A stretch of 64,000 nucleotides of DNA from Eledone cirrhosa (Eukaryota), in contig OZ024741.1 in NCBI GenBank assembly GCA_964016885.1, positions 22,382,001 through 22,446,000 of the forward strand, in the 5' to 3' direction. This document shows, piece after piece, positions 41,512 to 58,048 of this stretch (position 1 is the first letter of the stretch; each line of letters opens with the position of its first letter). Under the pieces are notes generated by a model, which was not told the DNA's origin, made no database searches, and worked only from the letters and a program-made list of their open reading frames with translations. The position numbers and the translations under genes were made by a program.

Positions 41512-44500
41512 ACTGTCTATGTCATTAACCCTTTCATTACCATATGTCTACTGAAAGACACTGTCTATGTCATTAACCCTTTCATTACCATATTTCTAAT
41601 GAAAGACACTGTCTATTGCATTAACCCTTTCATTACCATATTTCTAATGCAAGACACTACCTATGTCATTACCCCTTTCATTACCATATGTCTACTGAAA
41701 GACACTGTCTATGTCATTAACCCTTTCATTACCATATTTCTAATGAAAGACACTGTCTATGTCATTAACCCTTTCATTACCATATTTCGAATGAAAGACA
41801 CTACCTATGTCATTAACCCTTTCATTACCATATATCTAATGAAAGACACTGTCTATGTCATTAACCCTTTCATTACCATATGACTACTGAAAGACACTGT
41901 CTATGTCATTAACCCTTTCATTACCAGATGTCTCATGAAAGACACTGTGTATGTCAATAACCCTTTCATTACCATATTTCTAATGAAAGACACTGTCTAC
42001 GTCATTAACCCTTTCATTACCATATTTCTAATGAAAGACACTACCTATGTCATTAACCCTTTCATTACCATATTTCTAATGAAAGACACTGCCTATGTCA
42101 TTAACCCTTTCATTACCATATTTCTAATGAAAGACACTGTCTATGTCATTAACCCTTTCATTACCATATGTCTAATAAAAGACACTATCTATGTCATTAA
42201 CCCTTTCATTACCATATTTCTAATGAAAGACACTACCTATGTCATTAACCCTTTCATTACCATATTTCTAATGAAAGACACTGCCTATGTCATTAACCCT
42301 TTCATTACCATATTTCTAATGAAAGACACTGTCTATGTCATTAACCCTTTCATTACCATATTTCTAATGAAAGACACTACCTATGCCATTAACCCTTTCA
42401 TTACCATATTTCTAATGAAAGACACTACCTATGTCATTAACCCTTTCATTACCATATTTCTAATGAAAGACACTACCTATGTCATTAACCCTTTCATTAC
42501 CATATTTCAAATGAAAGACACTACCTATGTCATTAACCCTTTCATTACCATATTTCTAATGAAAGACACTGTCTATTGCATTAACCCTTTCATTACCATA
42601 TTTCTAATGCAAGACACTACCTATGTCATTACCCCTTTCATTACCATATTTCTAATGAAAGACACTGTCTATGTCATTAACCCTTTCATTACCATATTTC
42701 TAATGAAAGACACTGTCTATGTCATTAACGCTTTCATTACCATATGTCTAATGAAAGACACTACATATGTTCTTAACCCTTTCATTACCATATTTCTAAT
42801 GAAAGACACTACCTATGTCATTAACCCTTTCATTACCATATTTCTAATGAAAGACACTGTCTATTGCATTAACCCTTTCATTACCATATTTCTAATGAAA
42901 GACACTGTCTATATCATTAACCCTTTCATTACCATATGTCTAATGAAAGACACTGCCTATGTCATTAACCCTTTCATTACAATATTTCTAATGAAAGACA
43001 CTGTCTATGTCATTAACCCTTTCATTACCATATGTCTACTGAAAGACACTGTCTATGTCATTAACCCTTTCATTACCATATTTCTAATGAAAGACACTGT
43101 CTATTGCATTAACCCTTTCATTACCATATTTCTAATGCAAGACACTACCTATGTCATTACCCCTTTCATTACCATATTTCTAATGAAAGACACTGTCTAT
43201 GTCATTAACCCTTTCATTACCATATTTCTAATGAAAGACACTGTCTATGTCATTAACCCTTTCATTACCATATGTCTAATGAAAGACACTACATATGTTC
43301 TTAACCCTTTCATTACCATATTTCTAATGAAAGACACTACCTATGTCATTAACCCTTTCATTACCATATTTCTAATGAAAGACACTGTCTATGTCATTAA
43401 CCCTTTCATTACCAAATTTCTAATGAAAGACACTACCTATGTCATTAACCCTTTCATTACCATATTTATAATGAAAGACACTGTCTATTGCATTAACCCT
43501 TTCATTACCATATTTCTAATGAAAGACACTGTTATATCATTAACCCTTTCATTACCATATGTCTAATGAAAGACACTGCCTATGTCATTAACGCTTTCAT
43601 TACAATATTTCTAATGAAAGAGACTGTCTATGTCATTAACCCTTTCATTACCATATGTCTACTGAAAGACACTGTCTATGTCATTAACCTTTCATTACCA
43701 TATTTCTAATGAATGACACTAGCTATGTCATTAACCCTTTCATTACCATATTTCTAATGAAAGACACTACCTATGTCATTAACCGTTTCATTACCATATT
43801 TCTAATGAAAGACACTGTCTATGTCATTAACCCTTTCATTACCATATTTCTAATGAAAGACACTACCTATGTCATTAACCCTTTCATTACCATATTTCTA
43901 ATGAAAGACACTACCTATGTCATTAACCCTTTCATTACCATATTTCTAATGAAAGACACTGTCTATGTCATTAACCCTTTCATTACCATATTTCTAATAA
44001 AAGACACTACCTATGTCATTAACCCTTTCATTACCATATTTATAATGAAAGACACTGTCTATTGCATTAACCCTTTCATTACCATATGTCTAATAAAAGA
44101 CACTATCTATGTCATTAACCCTTTCATTACCATATTTCTAATGAAAGACACTACCTATGTCATTAACCCTTTCATTACCATATTTCTAATGAAAGACACT
44201 GCCTATGTCATTAACCCTTTCATTACCATATTTCTAATGAAAGACACTGTCTATGTCATTAACCCTTTCATTACCATATTTCTAATGAAAGACACTGTCT
44301 ATGTCATTAACCCTTTCATTACCATATTTCTAATGAAAGACACTGTCTATGTCATTAACCCTTTCATTACCATATTTCTAATGAAAGACACTGTCTATGT
44401 CATTAACCCTTTCATTACCATATTTCTAATGAAAGACACTACCTATGCCATTAACCCTTTCATTACCATATTTCTAATGAAAGACACTACCTATGTCATT

Positions 44501-47500
44501 AACCCTTTCATTACCATATTTCTAATGAAAGACACTACCTATGTCATTAACCCTTTCATTACCATATTTCAAATGAAAGACACTACCTATGTCATTAACC
44601 CTTTCATTACCATATTTCTAATGAAAGACACTGTCTATTGCATTAACCCTTTCATTACCATATTTCTAATGCAAGACACTACCTATGTCATTACCCCTTT
44701 CATTACGATATTTCTAATGAAAGACACTGTCTATGTCATTAACCCTTTCATTACCATATTTCTAATGAAAGACACTGTCTATGTCATTAACGCTTTCATT
44801 ACCATATGTCTAATGAAAGACACTACATATGTTCTTAACCCTTTCATTACCATATTTCTAATGAAAGACACTACCTATGTCATTAACCCTTTCATTACCA
44901 TATTTCTAATGAAAGACACTGTCTATTGCATTAACCCTTTCATTACCATATTTCTAATGAAAGACACTGTCTATATCATTAACCCTTTCATTACCATATG
45001 TCTAATGAAAGACACTGCCTATGTCATTAACCCTTTCATTACAATATTTCTAATGAAAGACACTGTCTATGTCATTAACCCTTTCATTACCATATGTCTA
45101 CTGAAAGACACTGTCTATGTCATTAACCCTTTCATTACCATATTTCTAATGAAAGACACTGTCTATTGCATTAACCCTTTCATTACCATATTTCTAATGC
45201 AAGACACTACCTATGTCATTACCCCTTTCATTACCATATTTCTAATGAAAGACACTGTCTATGTCATTAACCCTTTCATTACCATATTTCTAATGAAAGA
45301 CACTGTCTATGTCATTAACCCTTTCATTACCATATGTCTAATGAAAGACACTACATATGTCCTTAACCCTTTCATTACCATATTTCTAATGAAAGACACT
45401 ACCTATGTCATTAACCCTTTCATTACCATATTTCTAATGAAAGACACTGTCTATGTCATTAACCCTTTCATTACCAAATTTCTAATGAAAGACACTACCT
45501 ATGTCATTAACCCTTTCATTACCATATTTATAATGAAAGACACTGTCTATGTCATTAACCCTTTCATTACCATATTTCTAATGAAAGACACTGTCTATGT
45601 CATTAACGCTTTCATTACCATATGTCTAATGAAAGACACTACATATGTTCTTAACCCTTTCATTACCATATTTCTAATGAAAGACACTACCTATGTCATT
45701 AACCCTTTCATTACCATATTTCTAATGAAAGACACTGTCTATTGCATTAACCCTTTCATTACCATATTTCTAATGAAAGACACTGTCTATATCATTAACC
45801 CTTTCATTACCATATGTCTAATGAAAGACACTGCCTATGTCATTAACCCTTTCATTACAATATTTCTAATGAAAGACACTGTCTATGTCATTAACCCTTT
45901 CATTACCATATGTCTACTGAAAGACACTGTCTATGTCATTAACCCTTTCATTACCATATTTCTAATGAAAGACACTGTCTATTGCATTAACCCTTTCATT
46001 ACCATATTTCTAATGCAAGACACTACCTATGTCATTACCCCTTTCATTACCATATGTCTACTGAAAGACACTGTCTATGTCATTAACCCTTTCATTACCA
46101 TATTTCTAATGAAAGACACTGTCTATGTCATTAACCCTTTCATTACCATATTTCGAATGAAAGACACTACCTATGTCATTAACCCTTTCATTACCATATA
46201 TCTAATGAAAGACACTGTCTATGTTATTAACCCTTTCATTACCATATGACTACTGAAAGACACTGTCTATGTCATTAACCCTTTCATTACCAGATGTCTC
46301 ATGAAAGACACTGTGTATGTCAATAACCCTTTCATTACCATATTTCTAATGAAAGACACTGTCTACGTCATTAACCCTTTCATTACCATATTTCTAATGA
46401 AAGACACTACCTATGTCATTAACCCTTTCATTACCATATTTCTAATGAAAGACACTGCCTATGTCATTAACCCTTTCATTACCATATTTCTAATGAAAGA
46501 CACTGTCTATGTCATTAACCCTTTCATTACCATATGTCTAATAAAAGACACTATCTATGTCATTAACCCTTTCATTACCATATTTCTAATGAAAGACACT
46601 ACCTATGTCATTAACCCTTTCATTACCATATTTCTAATGAAAGACACTGCCTATGTCATTAACCCTTTCATTACCATATTTCTAATGAAAGACACTGTCT
46701 ATGTCATTAACCCTTTCATTACCATATTTCTAATGAAAGACACTACCTATGCCATTAACCCTTTCATTACCATATTTCTAATGAAAGACACTACCTATGT
46801 CATTAACCCTTTCATTACCATATTTCTAATGAAAGACACTACCTATGTCATTAACCCTTTCATTACCATATTTCAAATGAAAGACACTACCTATGTCATT
46901 AACCCTTTCATTACCATATTTCTAATGAAAGACACTGTCTATTGCATTAACCCTTTCATTACCATATTTCTAATGCAAGACACTACCTATGTCATTACCC
47001 CTTTCATTACCATATTTCTAATGAAAGACACTGTCTATGTCATTAACCCTTTCATTACCATATTTCTAATGAAAGACACTGTCTATGTCATTAACGCTTT
47101 CATTACCATATGTCTAATGAAAGACACTACATATGTTCTTAACCCTTTCATTACCATATTTCTAATGAAAGACACTACCTATGTCATTAACCCTTTCATT
47201 ACCATATTTCTAATGAAAGACACTGTCTATTGCATTAACCCTTTCATTACCATATTTCTAATGAAAGACACTGTCTATATCATTAACCCTTTCATTACCA
47301 TATGTCTAATGAAAGACACTGCCTATGTCATTAACCCTTTCATTACAATATTTCTAATGAAAGACACTGTCTATGTCATTAACCCTTTCATTACCATATG
47401 TCTACTGAAAGACACTGTCTATGTCATTAACCCTTTCATTACCATATTTCTAATGAAAGACACTGTCTATTGCATTAACCCTTTCATTACCATATTTCTA

Positions 47501-50421
47501 ATGCAAGACACTACCTATGTCATTACCCCTTTCATTACCATATTTCTAATGAAAGACACTGTCTATGTCATTAACCCTTTCATTACCATATTTCTAATGA
47601 AAGACACTGTCTATGTCATTAACCCTTTCATTACCATATGTCTAATGAAAGACACTACATATGTTCTTAACCCTTTCATTACCATATTTCTAATGAAAGA
47701 CACTACCTATGTCATTAACCCTTTCATTACCATATTTCTAATGAAAGACACTGTCTATGTCATTAACCCTTTCATTACCAAATTTCTAATGAAAGACACT
47801 ACCTATGTCATTAACCCTTTCATTACCATATTTATAATGAAAGACACTGTCTATTGCATTAACCCTTTCATTACCATATTTCTAATGAAAGACACTGTTA
47901 TATCATTAACCCTTTCATTACCATATGTCTAATGAAAGACACTGCCTATGTCATTAACGCTTTCATTACAATATTTCTAATGAAAGAGACTGTCTATGTC
48001 ATTAACCCTTTCATTACCATATGTCTACTGAAAGACACTGTCTATGTCATTAACCTTTCATTACCATATTTCTAATGAATGACACTAGCTATGTCATTAA
48101 CCCTTTCATTACCATATTTCTAATGAAAGACACTACCTATGTCATTAACCCTTTCATTACCATATTTCTAATGAAAGACACTGTCTATGTCATTAACCCT
48201 TTCATTACCATATTTCTAATGAAAGACACTACCTATGTCATTAACCCTTTCATTACCATATTTCTAATGAAAGACACTACCTATGTCATTAACCCTTTCA
48301 TTACCATATTTCTAATGAAAGACACTGTCTATGTCATTAACCCTTTCATTACCATATTTCTAATAAAAGACACTACCTATGTCATTAACCCTTTCATTAC
48401 CATATTTATAATGAAAGACACTGTCTATTGCATTAACCCTTTCATTACCATATGTCTAATAAAAGACACTATCTATGTCATTAACCCTTTCATTACCATA
48501 TTTCTAATGAAAGACACTACCTATGTCATTAACCCTTTCATTACCATATTTCTAATGAAAGACACTGCCTATGTCATTAACCCTTTCATTACCATATTTC
48601 TAATGAAAGACACTGTCTATGTCATTAACCCTTTCATTACCATATTTCTAATGAAAGACACTGTCTATGTCATTAACCCTTTCATTACCATATTTCTAAT
48701 GAAAGACACTGTCTATGTCATTAACCCTTTCATTACCATATTTCTAATGAAAGACACTGTCTATGTCATTAACCCTTTCATTACCATATTTCTAATGAAA
48801 GACACTACCTATGCCATTAACCCTTTCATTACCATATTTCTAATGAAAGACACTACCTATGTCATTAACCCTTTCATTACCATATTTCTAATGAAAGACA
48901 CTACCTATGTCATTAACCCTTTCATTACCATATTTCAAATGAAAGACACTACCTATGTCATTAACCCTTTCATTACCATATTTCTAATGAAAGACACTGT
49001 CTATTGCATTAACCCTTTCATTACCATATTTCTAATGCAAGACACTACCTATGTCATTACCCCTTTCATTACGATATTTCTAATGAAAGACACTGTCTAT
49101 GTCATTAACCCTTTCATTACCATATTTCTAATGAAAGACACTGTCTATGTCATTAACGCTTTCATTACCATATGTCTAATGAAAGACACTACATATGTTC
49201 TTAACCCTTTCATTACCATATTTCTAATGAAAGACACTACCTATGTCATTAACCCTTTCATTACCATATTTCTAATGAAAGACACTGTCTATTGCATTAA
49301 CCCTTTCATTACCATATTTCTAATGAAAGACACTGTCTATATCATTAACCCTTTCATTACCATATGTCTAATGAAAGACACTGCCTATGTCATTAACCCT
49401 TTCATTACAATATTTCTAATGAAAGACACTGTCTATGTCATTAACCCTTTCATTACCATATGTCTACTGAAAGACACTGTCTATGTCATTAACCCTTTCA
49501 TTACCATATTTCTAATGAAAGACACTGTCTATTGCATTAACCCTTTCATTACCATATTTCTAATGCAAGACACTACCTATGTCATTACCCCTTTCATTAC
49601 CATATTTCTAATGAAAGACACTGTCTATGTCATTAACCCTTTCATTACCATATTTCTAATGAAAGACACTGTCTATGTCATTAACCCTTTCATTACCATA
49701 TGTCTAATGAAAGACACTACATATGTCCTTAACCCTTTCATTACCATATTTCTAATGAAAGACACTACCTATGTCATTAACCCTTTCATTACCATATTTC
49801 TAATGAAAGACACTGTCTATGTCATTAACCCTTTCATTACCAAATTTCTAATGAAAGACACTACCTATGTCATTAACCCTTTCATTACCATATTTATAAT
49901 GAAAGACACTGTCTATGTCATTAACCCTTTCATTACCATATTTCTAATGAAAGACACTGTCTATGTCATTAACGCTTTCATTACCATATGTCTAATGAAA
50001 GACACTACATATGTTCTTAACCCTTTCATTACCATATTTCTAATGAAAGACACTACCTATGTCATTAACCCTTTCATTACCATATTTCTAATGAAAGACA
50101 CTGTCTATTGCATTAACCCTTTCATTACCATATTTCTAATGAAAGACACTGTCTATATCATTAACCCTTTCATTACCATATGTCTAATGAAAGACACTGC
50201 CTATGTCATTAACCCTTTCATTACAATATTTCTAATGAAAGACACTGTCTATGTCATTAACCCTTTCATTACCATATGTCTACTGAAAGACACTGTCTAT
50301 GTCATTAACCCTTTCATTACCATATTTCTAATGAAAGACACTGTCTATTGCATTAACCCTTTCATTACCATATTTCTAATGCAAGACACTACCTATGTCA
50401 TTACCCCTTTCATTACCATAT
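41512..50421. repeat. Tandem duplication, period 4366 bp (91 monomers)
   Basis: Landmarks 41883/46249, 41935/46301, 43566/47932 and 43709/48075 are 4366 apart. Differences noticed at 43785 and 46225. Confidence 0.9.
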
Positions 50422-53400
50422 TTCTAATGAAAGACACTGTCTATGTCATTAACCCTTTCATTACCATATTTCTAATGAAAGACACTGTCTATGTCATTAA
50501 CCCTTTCATTACCATATGTCTAATGAAAGACACTACATATGTTCTTAACCCTTTCATTACCATATTTCTAATGAAAGACACTACCTATGTCATTAACCCT
50601 TTCATTACCATATTTCTAATGAAAGACACTGTCTATGTCATTAACCCTTTCATTACCAAATTTCTAATGAAAGACACTACCTATGTCATTAACCCTTTCA
50701 TTACCATATTTATAATGAAAGACACTGTCTATTGCATTAACCCTTTCATTACCATATTTCTAATGAAAGACACTGTTATATCATTAACCCTTTCATTACC
50801 ATATGTCTAATGAAAGACACTGCCTATGTCATTAACGCTTTCATTACAATATTTCTAATGAAAGAGACTGTCTATGTCATTAACCCTTTCATTACCATAT
50901 GTCTACTGAAAGACACTGTCTATGTCATTAACCTTTCATTACCATATTTCTAATGAATGACACTAGCTATGTCATTAACCCTTTCATTACCATATTTCTA
51001 ATGAAAGACACTACCTATGTCATTAACCCTTTCATTACCATATTTCTAATGAAAGACACTGTCTATGTCATTAACCCTTTCATTACCATATTTCTAATGA
51101 AAGACACTACCTATGTCATTAACCCTTTCATTACCATATTTCTAATGAAAGACACTACCTATGTCATTAACCCTTTCATTACCATATTTCTAATGAAAGA
51201 CACTGTCTATGTCATTAACCCTTTCATTACCATATTTCTAATAAAAGACACTACCTATGTCATTAACCCTTTCATTACCATATTTCTAATGAAAGACACT
51301 GTCTATGTCATTAACCCTTTCATTACCATATTTCTAATAAAAGACACTACCTATGTCATTAACCCTTTCATTACCATATTTATAATGAAAGACACTGTCT
51401 ATTGCATTAACCCTTTCATTACCATATTTCTAATGAAAGACACTGCCTATGTCATTAACCCTTTCATTACCATATTTCTAATGAAAGACACTGTCTATGT
51501 CATTAACCCTTTCATTACCATATTTATAATGAAAGACACTGCCTATGTCATTAACCCTTTCTTTACCATATGTCTAATGAAAGACACTGCCTATGTCATT
51601 AACCCTTTCATTACAATATTTCTAATGAAAGAGACTGTCTATGTCATTAACCCTTTCATTACCATATGTCTACTGAAAGACACTGTCTATATCATTAACC
51701 CTTTCATTACCATATTTCTAATGAAAGACACTATCTATGTCATTAACCCTTTCGTTACCATATTTCTAATGAATGACACTAGCTATGTCATTAACCCTTT
51801 CATTACCATATTTCTAATGAAAGACACTACCTATGTCATTAACCCTTTCATTACCATATTTCTAATGAAAGACACTGTCTATGTCATTAAACCTTTCATT
51901 ACCATATTTCTAATGAAAGACACTGTCTATGTCATTAACCCTTTCATTACCATATTTCTAATGAAAGACACTGTCTATGTCATTAACCCTTTCATTACAA
52001 TATTCCTAATAAAAGACACTAACTATGCCATTAACCCTTTCATTACCATATTTCTAATGAAAGACACTACCTATGTCATTAACCCTTTCATTACCATATT
52101 TCTAATGAAAGACACTACCTATGTCATTAACCCTTTCATTACCATATTTCAAATGAAAGACACTACCTATGTCATTAACCCTTTCATTACCATATTTCTA
52201 ATGAAAGACACTGTCTATGTCATTAACCCTTTCATTACCATATTTCTAATGAAAGACACTACCTATGTCATTAACCCTTTCATTTCCATATTTCTAATGA
52301 AAGACACTATCTATGTCATTAACCCTTTCATTACCATATTTATAATGAAAGACACTGTCTATTGCATTAACCCTTTCATTACCATATTTCTAATGAAAGA
52401 CACTGTCTATATCATTAACCCTTTCATTACCATATGTCTAATGAAAGACACTGCCTATGTCATTAACCCTTTCATTACAATATTTCTAATGAAAGAGACT
52501 GTCTATGTCATTAACCCTTTCATTACCATATGTCTACTGAAAGACACTGTCTATGTCATTAACCCTTTCATTACCATATTTCTAATGAAAGACACTGTCT
52601 ATTGCATTAACCCTTTCATTACCATATTTCTAATGCAAGACACTACCTATGTCATTACCCCTTTCATTACCATATGTCTACTGAAAGACACTGTCTATGT
52701 CATTAACCCTTTCATTACCATATTTCTAATGAAAGACACTGTCTATGTCATTAACCCTTTCATTACCATATGTCTAATGAAAGACACTACATACGTTCTT
52801 AACCCTTTCATTACCATATTTCTAATGAAAGACACTACCTATGTCATTAACCCTTTCATTATCATATTTCTAATGAAAGACACTACCTATGTCATTAACC
52901 TTTCATTACCATATTTCGAATGAAAGACACTACCTATGTCATTAACCCTTTCATTACCATATATCTAATGAAAGACACTGTCTATGTCATTAACCCTTTC
53001 ATTACCATATGACTACTGAAAGACACTGTCTATGTCATTAACCCTTTCATTACCAGATGTCTCATGAAAGACACTGTGTATGTCAATAACCCTTTCATTA
53101 CCATATTTCTAATGAAAGACACTGTCTACGTCATTAACCCTTTCATTACCATATTTCTAATGAAAGACACTACCTATGTCATTAACCCTTTCATTACCAT
53201 ATTTCTAATGAAAGACACTGCCTATGTCATTAACCCTTTCATTACCATATTTCTAATGAAAGACACTGTCTATGTCATTAACCCTTTCATTACCATATGT
53301 CTAATAAAAGACACTATCTATGTCATTAACCCTTTCATTACCATATTTCTAATGAAAGACACTACCTATGTCATTAACCCTTTCATTACCATATTTCTAA

Positions 53401-56400
53401 TGAAAGACACTGCCTATGTCATTAACCCTTTCATTACCATATTTCTAATGAAAGACACTGTCTATGTCATTAACCCTTTCATTACCATATTTCTAATGAA
53501 AGACACTACCTATGCCATTAACCCTTTCATTACCATATTTCTAATGAAAGACACTACCTATGTCATTAACCCTTTCATTACCATATTTCTAATGAAAGAC
53601 ACTACCTATGTCATTAACCCTTTCATTACCATATTTCAAATGAAAGACACTACCTATGTCATTAACCCTTTCATTACCATATTTCTAATGAAAGACACTG
53701 TCTATTGCATTAACCCTTTCATTACCATATTTCTAATGCAAGACACTACCTATGTCATTACCCCTTTCATTACCATATTTCTAATGAAAGACACTGTCTA
53801 TGTCATTAACCCTTTCATTACCATATTTCTAATGAAAGACACTGTCTATGTCATTAACGCTTTCATTACCATATGTCTAATGAAAGACACTACATATGTT
53901 CTTAACCCTTTCATTACCATATTTCTAATGAAAGACACTACCTATGTCATTAACCCTTTCATTACCATATTTCTAATGAAAGACACTGTCTATTGCATTA
54001 ACCCTTTCATTACCATATTTCTAATGAAAGACACTGTCTATATCATTAACCCTTTCATTACCATATGTCTAATGAAAGACACTGCCTATGTCATTAACCC
54101 TTTCATTACAATATTTCTAATGAAAGACACTGTCTATGTCATTAACCCTTTCATTACCATATGTCTACTGAAAGACACTGTCTATGTCATTAACCCTTTC
54201 ATTACCATATTTCTAATGAAAGACACTGTCTATTGCATTAACCCTTTCATTACCATATTTCTAATGCAAGACACTACCTATGTCATTACCCCTTTCATTA
54301 CCATATTTCTAATGAAAGACACTGTCTATGTCATTAACCCTTTCATTACCATATTTCTAATGAAAGACACTGTCTATGTCATTAACCCTTTCATTACCAT
54401 ATGTCTAATGAAAGACACTACATATGTTCTTAACCCTTTCATTACCATATTTCTAATGAAAGACACTACCTATGTCATTAACCCTTTCATTACCATATTT
54501 CTAATGAAAGACACTGTCTATGTCATTAACCCTTTCATTACCAAATTTCTAATGAAAGACACTACCTATGTCATTAACCCTTTCATTACCATATTTATAA
54601 TGAAAGACACTGTCTATTGCATTAACCCTTTCATTACCATATTTCTAATGAAAGACACTGTTATATCATTAACCCTTTCATTACCATATGTCTAATGAAA
54701 GACACTGCCTATGTCATTAACGCTTTCATTACAATATTTCTAATGAAAGAGACTGTCTATGTCATTAACCCTTTCATTACCATATGTCTACTGAAAGACA
54801 CTGTCTATGTCATTAACCTTTCATTACCATATTTCTAATGAATGACACTAGCTATGTCATTAACCCTTTCATTACCATATTTCTAATGAAAGACACTACC
54901 TATGTCATTAACCCTTTCATTACCATATTTCTAATGAAAGACACTGTCTATGTCATTAACCCTTTCATTACCATATTTCTAATGAAAGACACTACCTATG
55001 TCATTAACCCTTTCATTACCATATTTCTAATGAAAGACACTACCTATGTCATTAACCCTTTCATTACCATATTTCTAATGAAAGACACTGTCTATGTCAT
55101 TAACCCTTTCATTACCATATTTCTAATAAAAGACACTACCTATGTCATTAACCCTTTCATTACCATATTTATAATGAAAGACACTGTCTATTGCATTAAC
55201 CCTTTCATTACCATATGTCTAATAAAAGACACTATCTATGTCATTAACCCTTTCATTACCATATTTCTAATGAAAGACACTACCTATGTCATTAACCCTT
55301 TCATTACCATATTTCTAATGAAAGACACTGCCTATGTCATTAACCCTTTCATTACCATATTTCTAATGAAAGACACTGTCTATGTCATTAACCCTTTCAT
55401 TACCATATTTCTAATGAAAGACACTGTCTATGTCATTAACCCTTTCATTACCATATTTCTAATGAAAGACACTGTCTATGTCATTAACCCTTTCATTACC
55501 ATATTTCTAATGAAAGACACTGTCTATGTCATTAACCCTTTCATTACCATATTTCTAATGAAAGACACTACCTATGCCATTAACCCTTTCATTACCATAT
55601 TTCTAATGAAAGACACTACCTATGTCATTAACCCTTTCATTACCATATTTCTAATGAAAGACACTACCTATGTCATTAACCCTTTCATTACCATATTTCA
55701 AATGAAAGACACTACCTATGTCATTAACCCTTTCATTACCATATTTCTAATGAAAGACACTGTCTATTGCATTAACCCTTTCATTACCATATTTCTAATG
55801 CAAGACACTACCTATGTCATTACCCCTTTCATTACGATATTTCTAATGAAAGACACTGTCTATGTCATTAACCCTTTCATTACCATATTTCTAATGAAAG
55901 ACACTGTCTATGTCATTAACGCTTTCATTACCATATGTCTAATGAAAGACACTACATATGTTCTTAACCCTTTCATTACCATATTTCTAATGAAAGACAC
56001 TACCTATGTCATTAACCCTTTCATTACCATATTTCTAATGAAAGACACTGTCTATTGCATTAACCCTTTCATTACCATATTTCTAATGAAAGACACTGTC
56101 TATATCATTAACCCTTTCATTACCATATGTCTAATGAAAGACACTGCCTATGTCATTAACCCTTTCATTACAATATTTCTAATGAAAGACACTGTCTATG
56201 TCATTAACCCTTTCATTACCATATGTCTACTGAAAGACACTGTCTATGTCATTAACCCTTTCATTACCATATTTCTAATGAAAGACACTGTCTATTGCAT
56301 TAACCCTTTCATTACCATATTTCTAATGCAAGACACTACCTATGTCATTACCCCTTTCATTACCATATTTCTAATGAAAGACACTGTCTATGTCATTAAC

Positions 56401-58048
56401 CCTTTCATTACCATATTTCTAATGAAAGACACTGTCTATGTCATTAACCCTTTCATTACCATATGTCTAATGAAAGACACTACATATGTCCTTAACCCTT
56501 TCATTACCATATTTCTAATGAAAGACACTACCTATGTCATTAACCCTTTCATTACCATATTTCTAATGAAAGACACTGTCTATGTCATTAACCCTTTCAT
56601 TACCAAATTTCTAATGAAAGACACTACCTATGTCATTAACCCTTTCATTACCATATTTATAATGAAAGACACTGTCTATGTCATTAACCCTTTCATTACC
56701 ATATTTCTAATGAAAGACACTGTCTATGTCATTAACGCTTTCATTACCATATGTCTAATGAAAGACACTACATATGTTCTTAACCCTTTCATTACCATAT
56801 TTCTAATGAAAGACACTACCTATGTCATTAACCCTTTCATTACCATATTTCTAATGAAAGACACTGTCTATTGCATTAACCCTTTCATTACCATATTTCT
56901 AATGAAAGACACTGTCTATATCATTAACCCTTTCATTACCATATGTCTAATGAAAGACACTGCCTATGTCATTAACCCTTTCATTACAATATTTCTAATG
57001 AAAGACACTGTCTATGTCATTAACCCTTTCATTACCATATGTCTACTGAAAGACACTGTCTATGTCATTAACCCTTTCATTACCATATTTCTAATGAAAG
57101 ACACTGTCTATTGCATTAACCCTTTCATTACCATATTTCTAATGCAAGACACTACCTATGTCATTACCCCTTTCATTACCATATTTCTAATGAAAGACAC
57201 TGTCTATGTCATTAACCCTTTCATTACCATATTTCTAATGAAAGACACTGTCTATGTCATTAACCCTTTCATTACCATATGTCTAATGAAAGACACTACA
57301 TATGTTCTTAACCCTTTCATTACCATATTTCTAATGAAAGACACTACCTATGTCATTAACCCTTTCATTACCATATTTCTAATGAAAGACACTGTCTATG
57401 TCATTAACCCTTTCATTACCAAATTTCTAATGAAAGACACTACCTATGTCATTAACCCTTTCATTACCATATTTATAATGAAAGACACTGTCTATTGCAT
57501 TAACCCTTTCATTACCATATTTCTAATGAAAGACACTGTTATATCATTAACCCTTTCATTACCATATGTCTAATGAAAGACACTGCCTATGTCATTAACG
57601 CTTTCATTACAATATTTCTAATGAAAGAGACTGTCTATGTCATTAACCCTTTCATTACCATATGTCTACTGAAAGACACTGTCTATGTCATTAACCTTTC
57701 ATTACCATATTTCTAATGAATGACACTAGCTATGTCATTAACCCTTTCATTACCATATTTCTAATGAAAGACACTACCTATGTCATTAACCCTTTCATTA
57801 CCATATTTCTAATGAAAGACACTGTCTATGTCATTAACCCTTTCATTACCATATTTCTAATGAAAGACACTACCTATGTCATTAACCCTTTCATTACCAT
57901 ATTTCTAATGAAAGACACTACCTATGTCATTAACCCTTTCATTACCATATTTCTAATGAAAGACACTGTCTATGTCATTAACCCTTTCATTACCATATTT
58001 CTAATAAAAGACACTACCTATGTCATTAACCCTTTCATTACCATATTT
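46140..58048. repeat. Two ~5.1-kb copies (46140-51285 and 52903-58048), offset 6763 bp (141 monomers)
   Basis: Landmarks 46301/53064, 48075/54838 and 50953/57716 are 6763 apart, and the 543-aa and 911-aa translations are identical. Each copy contains an 816-bp (17-monomer) internal repeat (ACCAAA marker at 49841 and 50657) and a 2878-bp (60-monomer) sub-period. Confidence 0.9.
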